Part shown: positions 22,205 through 27,931 of the stretch, in pieces
How the letters are laid out: each line of letters begins with the position of its first letter
How positions within the stretch are numbered: position 1 is the stretch's first letter
Origin: Patescibacteria group bacterium
GTDB taxonomy: Bacteria > Patescibacteriota > Patescibacteriia > JBBTXB01
DNA length: 30,729 bases
Direction of reading: 5' to 3'
NCBI GenBank assembly: GCA_038062475.1
Contig: JBBTXB010000127.1
Location: 1 to 30,729 of the forward strand
The notes under the pieces: generated by a model
Seen by the model: the letters and a program-made list of their open reading frames with translations, nothing else
What the model was told of the DNA's origin: nothing
Databases searched by the model: none
Position numbers and translations under genes: made by a program

Positions 22205-23035
22205 TCACGGCCTGTACCCCGCGCCTGTTGGTGCCACCAGAATCGCCCAGCCAGCTTCCCCACTGCGGCATGGCTCCTGCGGCGGCGCTTCTGCGCGAGA
22301 TGGATGCACTGCAAGAAGAAAAAACGCGGCGATGACGACAAGACTCGCTCCGAACGCTTTCGGGGTCAAGGTTACAGGGATCAACCCCCGCCCGGCAAGG
22401 AACGAAATACGGGTCTCCAGAACCTTACAGTCCGCAAAAGGCGCCAGCACAGGGATTCCAGAATGGCGCGTTCCCGATAATTTATACAAGGCGCTCGCGA
22501 GAACCAGCTTTCCTTGCCCGCGTCGCATGGCTTCCGCGTCCGCGGAGACCTCTTTTGCCACTTCGTGGCGCCTCTCGAGGTAATGCACGACGGGGATAAA
22601 AAACAAAGCGTTTTTCAATGCGCGGAGGAACGCAGAGCGCAGCGGGTCCCACTTTCTCAAATGGTGGTACTCGTGAGCCAGAACCGCGACGAGCTCCTCG
22701 CGGGAGAGTGCCTGCAGCGCGCCGCGAGAAATGTACATGCGCGGACGCAGAAGCCCCGCGCAAAAACAGAGCAAATCCGCAGAATCAATGACAGAGACCA
22801 TCTTCTCCTGAATCTCAAGTTCGGCAAGCGCGCTCCGAAGCGTCTCCGTGGCATCCCGATCGCGATCGGGACGGAGCAAACGCATGAAGACCCGGGTCGC
22901 CGCATACTGACGAATGACCGAGAAGATAAACGCGAGAAAAACAGCCAAGCCGATCCCGGTGACAAGCAGGTGCCGGGGATTCACTACAAAACCCAGAATT
23001 GATGTGCAGGCGGTGAGGAATGGCATAAAGGTCAC
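22205..23035 (-). CDS. BlaR1/MecR1-type M56 family zinc metallopeptidase (sensor-transducer-like, no obvious sensor domain)
   Basis: HExxH in VLAHEYHHLRKWDP, with multiple TM helices. Lies downstream of a BlaI-family repressor. The start is GTG at 23035 or ATG at 23026. Confidence 0.7.
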   Translation of the reverse strand: MTFMPFLTACTSILGFVVNPRHLLVTGIGLAVFLAFIFSVIRQYAATRVFMRLLRPDRDRDATETLRSALAELEIQEKMVSVIDSADLLCFCAGLLRPRMYISRGALQALSREELVAVLAHEYHHLRKWDPLRSAFLRALKNALFFIPVVHYLERRHEVAKEVSADAEAMRRGQGKLVLASALYKLSGTRHSGIPVLAPFADCKVLETRISFLAGRGLIPVTLTPKAFGASLVVIAAFFLLAVHPSRAEAPPQEPCRSGEAGWAILVAPTGAGYRP

Positions 23036-23045
23036 CTCAAAACTG

Positions 23046-23132
23046 CCAAAATTTAGTTCCTGAGCTTGTCGAAGGACTAAATCTTGGCGCAGTTAATGGA
23101 GTGGCCTTCGACTTCGCTTCGCTTCGCTCAGG
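23046..23132. repeat. CCTGAGC/TCGAAGG-core repeat element inserted between blaI and the M56 gene
   Basis: Reads CCAAAATTTAGTTCCTGAGCTTGTCGAAGGACTAAATCTTGG ... CCTTCGACTTCGCTTCGCTTCGCTCAGG. Its core is shared with 19357-19400. Confidence 0.75.
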
Positions 23133-23164
23133 CAATAACGCGTTTTTAGATGGCCTCATAGTAA

Positions 23165-23557
23165 CTATTCCTCCCGCGCCTTTAATTCTCGGATGAGCTT
23201 CTTCAACTTCGTGCGGCCGGCTTTCTCGGCTTCATCCACAAAACAGGCAATGGCGACATCCCCGAATTCTTTTCGGATCCGCGCGAGCATCGTGCCCGCC
23301 AAAGACCGATACAGTTCCTCCTGCGAATACCGCGTCTTGTATGCATGCGGCTGACGGGATTCGTCACGAATAAGGAGTCCCTTTGCAGTGAGCCGACCCA
23401 TGATCGTCATCACTGTGGTGTAGGCAAGATTACGTTCTCTCTGCAGAACGTCAACAACATTGCGAATAGTGAGACTCTCGCCACTTCTCCAGAGGACTTG
23501 CATCACCTCATGTTCCAGTTCACCGAGAAGACGACCAAAATTTGATGGTGTGCGCAT
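23165..23557 (-). CDS. BlaI/MecI/CopY family winged-helix transcriptional repressor
   Basis: LEHEVMQVLW...TIRNVVDVL...AYTTVMTIMGRLTAKGLL...AYKT matches the penicillinase-repressor family pattern. Confidence 0.8.
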   Translation of the reverse strand: MRTPSNFGRLLGELEHEVMQVLWRSGESLTIRNVVDVLQRERNLAYTTVMTIMGRLTAKGLLIRDESRQPHAYKTRYSQEELYRSLAGTMLARIRKEFGDVAIACFVDEAEKAGRTKLKKLIRELKAREE

Positions 23558-23559
23558 AT

Positions 23560-23654
23560 GTTAGTACGTAGTGAGTAGAACGTAGAAGGTAGAAGTGTTG
23601 AACGTAGAGATCAACCGCTCCGTCTACGTACTACGTTCTAAGTTCTACGTTCTA
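23560..23654. repeat. Inverted heptamer-array element of the GTAGAAC family, in the blaI leader
   Basis: Left arm GTAGTGA GTAGAAC GTAGAAG GTAGAAG; right arm CGTCTAC GTACTAC GTTCTAA GTTCTAC GTTCTAA. Confidence 0.8.
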
Positions 23655-23672
23655 ATGATTCTGCGGATACAA

Positions 23673-23685
23673 CTACAGTGTGTAG
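23673..23685. promoter_or_regulatory. Candidate BlaI/CopY-type operator (CTACA-GTG-TGTAG)
   Basis: A palindrome containing TACA/TGTA half-sites lies upstream of blaI. BlaI/MecI/CopY operators are built on TACA..TGTA. Confidence 0.35.
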
Positions 23686-23755
23686 GAGATGGAGCGGCGC
23701 GTCAACACGAACTTATCCACACTTGGAAAAATCATTTCGCCTATACCAAATCACA

Positions 23756-23784
23756 TAGACAACAGGCATAACTTCTACTATTAT
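23756..23784 (+). promoter_or_regulatory. Candidate promoter of the 84-aa plus-strand gene
   Basis: -35 TAGACA, a 17-nt spacer, then -10 TATTAT, about 60 nt upstream of the ATG at 23844. Confidence 0.4.
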
Positions 23785-23843
23785 CATAGACAGAGTTCAT
23801 TTCATTTACAGAGTGGCGCTTTGTTGACACGCAAAGGCGGAAC

Positions 23844-24098
23844 ATGCTGAAACGCAAAAGATCCATTCCGAATACCCAGAATAAGCGACCGACCATGGAA
23901 CAGACCGTGCTTGACTTTGTCCGTCGCGCGCGCAAACCACTTTCACCTTCCGAGGTGCGCATCCGTGGAGTACATCCCGATCGCGTACTCGCGGCCATCC
24001 ACGAACTTCTGGACGATTTCGAGCTAAAGTTGACGATTGACTGGAAAATTGCCATGCCCCGCGCCCGTGCTCAAACGCGTCGAGAAAAGCGACGTTAG
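23844..24098 (+). CDS. Small basic hypothetical protein (84 aa), possibly a winged-helix fold
   Basis: One of only two credible plus-strand genes. It has its own promoter-like hexamers and a strong terminator. MEQTVLDFVRRARKPLSPSEV... resembles a wHTH N-terminus (weak). Confidence 0.5.
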   Translation: MLKRKRSIPNTQNKRPTMEQTVLDFVRRARKPLSPSEVRIRGVHPDRVLAAIHELLDDFELKLTIDWKIAMPRARAQTRREKRR

Positions 24099-24110
24099 GA
24101 ATTTCGCCCC

Positions 24111-24141
24111 GCCCCGACAAACCTGTCGGGGCTTATTTTTT
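24111..24141 (+). terminator. Rho-independent terminator
   Basis: GCCCCGACA-AACC-TGTCGGGGC followed by TTATTTTTT. Confidence 0.75.
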
Positions 24142-24161
24142 AAATTACGCGATCAGTTATG

Positions 24162-24184
24162 AAAAAAGCTGCTTGTGCAGCTTT
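24162..24184 (-). terminator. Rho-independent terminator after the 190-aa gene
   Basis: On the minus strand: AAAGCTGC-ACAA-GCAGCTTT running into TTTTTT. Confidence 0.6.
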
Positions 24185-24194
24185 ACAAAAAGTT

Positions 24195-24767
24195 TCAGAT
24201 GTTGAAGATTTGCATGCGTCCGTCCTTATTCACTCGCGCGATGCAACGATTGCAACCCCAGTAGGCCTGACCGTACGGTTTGCTATTCTCGACGAATACC
24301 GCTTCCGATGGCGTGGTGCCATCCGGCACCTTGACCGCTAGTCGCCTATCCGACTCGCGCCGACACCAGTTGCACGTCGGGTTCTTTACCCTTACTCGTC
24401 GAACACCGCTTTTGCGCATCGCCCGGATGCACCGTTTCTTCATACTTACATCAATCGAATCTGAAGGGTGATCAAACTCTCCGCCGATCGGGAACGAAAG
24501 ATTGATGGAATTACCGCGGTCTTCGACTGTACAGGGCACGAAGCGGATCAGAAATCCACCTTCAGTGCATTCCCGCACATATTTCTTGTCTACGTAGCCA
24601 CCACCGGGCATGGCGCACTCGCGCCCATTGGCGACAGCCGGCCTCGTAAAATGCAACGTCAGACATTCAATGCGCGTAACCCAGACCTCGATGCGGTTCA
24701 ACTTTCGGTTGAACTTCACACGCTCACGCATGCGATCCTCCAAGTAAACGTAAGGTGCCGCACCCAC
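24195..24767 (-). CDS. Hypothetical Cys-rich protein (190 aa) with a C-terminal zinc-ribbon-like CxxC...CxxC
   Basis: GTG start in the track. CNWC and CNRC lie 34 residues apart. No family recognised. Confidence 0.45.
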   Translation of the reverse strand: MGAAPYVYLEDRMRERVKFNRKLNRIEVWVTRIECLTLHFTRPAVANGRECAMPGGGYVDKKYVRECTEGGFLIRFVPCTVEDRGNSINLSFPIGGEFDHPSDSIDVSMKKRCIRAMRKSGVRRVRVKNPTCNWCRRESDRRLAVKVPDGTTPSEAVFVENSKPYGQAYWGCNRCIARVNKDGRMQIFNI

Positions 24768-24859
24768 AGTAGACCTGACGGCGCACCGGCGTCAACCGAC
24801 CGTTTTCTAAAACAATTTTTTCAAAGTACGTCGTAAATTCCCGGGGGCAAAAAGTCGTG

Positions 24860-24893
24860 TCTCAAAAAACTCGCGGCCGCGAGTTTTTTGAGA
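24860..24893. terminator. 34-bp perfect palindrome / bidirectional terminator with a GCGGCCGC core
   Basis: TCTCAAAAAACTCGCGGCCGCGAGTTTTTTGAGA has an A-tract, a GC hairpin and a T-tract. Lies 23 nt after the wecA-like stop. Confidence 0.7.
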
Positions 24894-24915
24894 TGTGGTT
24901 AGGAAAAGCTTAAGG

Positions 24916-26265
24916 TCAAGTTGAATGGCCAATAGATGCGCCGATTATGATCCCCGCCTCTGCTGCAAAGCCAGCCGGGACTTCGAGAACTGCATCCACC
25001 GGCTCGGGCGAGGTGCGTTGTGTTGGCGATTCCCCTGCCGCCGGCGCTGGAACATTCGCGTCAATGCCGATCACCACGCCGTCACGGATCCAGATAATAT
25101 CAATGGGGAAACGCATGTCCTTCATCCAAAAAGTCCGCACCTCGGCGCGGGAAAATCGAAACAGCATACCTCTCCCCTCGGGGAGGATGTCTCTGCCAGA
25201 GAGTCCGCGCATCCACTCCTGCGGCCGATCGGCGAGCTCCGCGGCAATGCGGTTGCCATGGAGTTCAATCTCAACGGTTTCTTTCCCCAACCCCGGGATA
25301 TGCTCGCGCGTCTGGAAAAATAGTCCGAGTGCGCCGAAAAATGCGGCGGTAATCCAGAGAAGCAGCACCGCCCTCCGGTGAGAAAATCCGGCGTCAAGCA
25401 AACGGAAATGAATGTGCTCACGATCCCCGCGAGCGAGCGGCCGGCGGCGTGCAATGCGCCGTGAAATGACCCAAGCGACATCAAAAACCGGCACGGCCAT
25501 GACGAGAATCGTCGTTGCCACTTTGCTGCCGGAGATAACCGCAAGAACGCCTAAAAAAAATCCGGCAAACAAACTGCCGCTCTCGCCGAGAAAAATTCGC
25601 GCAGGGTGAAAATTCCACGGCAAGAATCCGACAAGCGCTCCGGCAAAAATCGCCGCCAGGAGCGCCGTCTCCGGTTGGTTAATGTGCGGGAGCATGGCGA
25701 CATAGACGATCATGCCCGCGCCGATCGCCGTCATTCCCGTAACCAGCCCGTCAAGGCCGTCCAAGAGCTTCGTCGTATACATCATCCCGAGGAGCCACAG
25801 GAACGTAATCGCGTCAGCAGGAAGCGTGAGTGCACCGACCTTCCAGAGATCAAAACGAATGTCTCCGCCAAAAGGGTTCCCGATGAAATCAATGCCGACC
25901 CCGCTTGCGACGGCGATTCCAGCCGCGAGAATCGGAAAAATAATCTGGCGGGACGGTCGCAACCGATAACGGTCATCCAAAAATCCGCCGAGGAGCAGCA
26001 CGGCGGAAGCGAGCGCGAGGCCCGCGAGCCGTTCGCGCGTAATGGCACCGGCAGGAAGGAATTCCGTCGCGATAATGAGAAGCGCAACGGTTACAAAAAC
26101 ACTGCCAATCACGGCCGCTCCGCCAAAAAGCGGCGTCGGCTTCCGGTGTTGCTTGCGCGATTCATCGGGAATATCCAAAAGACGCGCCCGTTTGGCAAGG
26201 CGCGCGACTAGTGGAGTCATGGCCGCCGCGAGCGCGGCGGAAATCAGAAACGCGGAAAGCAACAT
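24916..26265 (-). CDS. Fusion protein: polyprenyl-phosphate N-acetylhexosamine-1-phosphate transferase (MraY/WecA family) plus a C-terminal DUF192 domain
   Basis: N-terminal part: about 10 TM helices, FLDDRY and KLLDGLDGLVTG motifs. C-terminal part: GLSGR...GMLFRF...FWMKDMRFPIDIIWI...AVLEVPAGF, typical of DUF192. Confidence 0.7.
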   Translation of the reverse strand: MLLSAFLISAALAAAMTPLVARLAKRARLLDIPDESRKQHRKPTPLFGGAAVIGSVFVTVALLIIATEFLPAGAITRERLAGLALASAVLLLGGFLDDRYRLRPSRQIIFPILAAGIAVASGVGIDFIGNPFGGDIRFDLWKVGALTLPADAITFLWLLGMMYTTKLLDGLDGLVTGMTAIGAGMIVYVAMLPHINQPETALLAAIFAGALVGFLPWNFHPARIFLGESGSLFAGFFLGVLAVISGSKVATTILVMAVPVFDVAWVISRRIARRRPLARGDREHIHFRLLDAGFSHRRAVLLLWITAAFFGALGLFFQTREHIPGLGKETVEIELHGNRIAAELADRPQEWMRGLSGRDILPEGRGMLFRFSRAEVRTFWMKDMRFPIDIIWIRDGVVIGIDANVPAPAAGESPTQRTSPEPVDAVLEVPAGFAAEAGIIIGASIGHST

Positions 26266-26286
26266 ACAACCTTGAAGCTCCTCTCT

Positions 26287-26475
26287 TTAGAACTCGTGAG
26301 GAATACCGAGGTCTTTACAAATCTTTTTGGCAAGGAAGTCGTCAATTTCAGTGTGCCTCGGAACAGTGGAGATACGACGAGTTGCCGGATTAAAAAAGAC
26401 GCTATGGTTTGCGCCCTCCCGGACAAACACACAGCCGTGTTTTCTCAGATGTTTGAGAAAATCTCGACGATTCAC
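26287..26475 (-). CDS. hicA: HicA-family mRNA interferase toxin
   Basis: LRKHGCVFVREGANHSVFFNP...RISTVPRHTEIDDFLAKKICKDLGI. The track ORF begins with TTG at 26532, inside hicB. A GTG at 26475, 4 nt after the hicB stop, gives a typical 62-aa HicA. Confidence 0.75.
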   Translation of the reverse strand: MNRRDFLKHLRKHGCVFVREGANHSVFFNPATRRISTVPRHTEIDDFLAKKICKDLGIPHEF

Positions 26476-26479
26476 ACAC

Positions 26480-26698
26480 TTAGACGGCGAGCCGTTCCCG
26501 GATAACCCGTCCTCGCGGACGCTCCTTTTCAAGCATGGTTCTATTCACTTCTAGCACAAGCTCAAGCGCCTCTTTAAGGTTCTCTTTTACTTCTTTAAGC
26601 GTGCGGCCTTGGGTGTTCACTCCGGGTATCTCCTCAACCCATCCCAGGTACCATTTACCATGCTTTTGATAGGCGGCGGTGTATTGCATATCTAGCAT
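26480..26698 (-). CDS. hicB: HicB-family antitoxin (short, no DNA-binding extension)
   Basis: YTAAYQKHGKWYLGWVEEIPGVNTQGRTLKEVKENLKEALELVLE matches the HicB/UPF0150 pattern. Lies directly upstream of hicA. Confidence 0.75.
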   Translation of the reverse strand: MLDMQYTAAYQKHGKWYLGWVEEIPGVNTQGRTLKEVKENLKEALELVLEVNRTMLEKERPRGRVIRERLAV

Positions 26699-26756
26699 GA
26701 TAATAACCTTCTCCGCGGCTTATTGTCAAAAGATCACAAACATCTCGAAATCTCAC

Positions 26757-26794
26757 TGATAACAAAATGTCGCGGCCGCGACATTTTGTTATCA
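26757..26794. repeat. 38-bp perfect palindrome with a GCGGCCGC core, upstream of hicB
   Basis: TGATAACAAAATGTCGCGGCCGCGACATTTTGTTATCA. It shares the central TCGCGGCCGCGA with the palindrome at 24860-24893. Could be a terminator or an operator. Confidence 0.8.
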
Positions 26795-26858
26795 CTCATC
26801 AAAAGGAGGTTCGACATAAAAAATTCCGTCATTTGAGATAGAGCCGAGATTCGCCATT

Positions 26859-26910
26859 AAAAAATCCCGCCGTTGGAGATAACCTTTGCGGTCTTCTCTC
26901 AAACGGCGGG
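26859..26910 (-). terminator. Rho-independent terminator of the 296-aa gene
   Basis: On the minus strand: stem CCCGCCGTT ... AACGGCGGG followed by ATTTTTT. The annotated stop codon lies inside the 5' stem. Confidence 0.55.
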
Positions 26911-27789
26911 CGTGGAACGGGCTTTCCCTCTAGGATTTGGCGGTGGCCAAGGCCTTGCGTTTCGCCGCCTCGTCAATCTTCGCGGCAAGTTCTCTTCGCG
27001 GCAAGTTCTCTTCGCGGCAAGTTCGCGTCCGTCGGGATCGAAGGCCAGCTCTGCGAGCGCTTCCTCATATTCCAGCGCGGCGCACGGGTCGGCCAGACCG
27101 GCGAGTGTCGGAACCTCTGTTGGCTGGTCCAACCGAGCGATGAGGTCAGAGAGCGCCGTGCTCGTGGTCCGAGCCGAAAGTTCCGGATGGGCTTTCTGGT
27201 ACTCGGCCTGTCTCCGGGCAAGTTCCACCGCGTGGGCGAAGTTGTTAGTCGCTCGGTGAATCATCGCGTGCGCGCGCGCGATGAACGCGTGGTAGCGTTC
27301 GGCCGCTTCCTCATCGCCGTCCTGCAGTCCTTCGTCCACGGCGTTGTACCAGGCAACATAGCGGTCGCAGTGGATGCGGAAATCCCGCAGCGCTTCCTCA
27401 AGCAGGCGAGCGCGCTGGTAGAACGGGTCTTGGTCGCGCTCTGCCTCAAGCTCGGCTCGCTTGATTTTCCGCAGCTCTTTTGTCCTAGCATTGAATGGTT
27501 TGCGGCCAGCAAACCAGAGGAAGAAGCCGCTTACGGCTGTTAGAACAAAGGCCCAGCCAATCTTCGGCCAGTGAAAATGTCCGGATCGATCAACTGCAAA
27601 CATCAAGGTCAAAACAACCAAAGGGAGCGATAACACCAGGATGACAACACCAGCAACAGCGGCGCCGATCTCATCAGATTCCTCCTTGTTGACCACTTCG
27701 TCCAACTCTCTGTTTCTTTGCGCGAGCCAGTGGCTCACATACCCGCCCCTCTCCCACGCCTTCAGGTACTTAGAAGACAAAGGCTTCAT
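26899..27789 (-). CDS. Hypothetical membrane protein (two TM helices plus a long helical/coiled-coil domain). The C-terminal tail is frameshifted by a tandem repeat.
   Basis: GGAAGGAG SD. Has TM helices and a helical Glu/Arg/Ala-rich domain. The last roughly 40 residues are Arg/Pro-rich junk downstream of the 16-bp x3 repeat. A one-copy version would end ...ELAAKIDEAAKRKALATAKS at 26930. Confidence 0.55.
   Translation of the reverse strand: MKPLSSKYLKAWERGGYVSHWLAQRNRELDEVVNKEESDEIGAAVAGVVILVLSLPLVVLTLMFAVDRSGHFHWPKIGWAFVLTAVSGFFLWFAGRKPFNARTKELRKIKRAELEAERDQDPFYQRARLLEEALRDFRIHCDRYVAWYNAVDEGLQDGDEEAAERYHAFIARAHAMIHRATNNFAHAVELARRQAEYQKAHPELSARTTSTALSDLIARLDQPTEVPTLAGLADPCAALEYEEALAELAFDPDGRELAAKRTCREENLPRRLTRRRNARPWPPPNPRGKARSTPAV
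26977..27024. repeat. Perfect 16-bp tandem repeat x3 (TCTTCGCGGCAAGTTC)
   Basis: Read directly. The unit length is not a multiple of 3, so the three copies are translated in three different frames. Confidence 0.95.
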
Positions 27790-27860
27790 GGCAAGCTCCT
27801 TCCTCTATCTTGAGTTGTAAAAGAGAACTCGGTGTTACCGAACCCTCCAGGCAACAGCAT

Positions 27861-27889
27861 AGTTAAGCAGAACTTGTTGATGGAGTCAA
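27861..27889 (-). promoter_or_regulatory. Candidate promoter of the 296-aa gene
   Basis: On the minus strand: -35 TTGACT, a 17-nt spacer, then -10 TTAACT, about 70 nt upstream of the ATG at 27789. Confidence 0.35.
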
Positions 27890-27926
27890 GGGCTTTACTA
27901 CCGAGTGACAGGGCTTTACTACCGAG
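27889..27926. promoter_or_regulatory. Two perfect 17-bp direct repeats (AGGGCTTTACTACCGAG) with a 21-bp period, abutting the -35 element
   Basis: Read directly. The spacing equals two helical turns, the geometry of a direct-repeat transcription factor site. Confidence 0.4.
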
Positions 27927-27931
27927 CCTTA

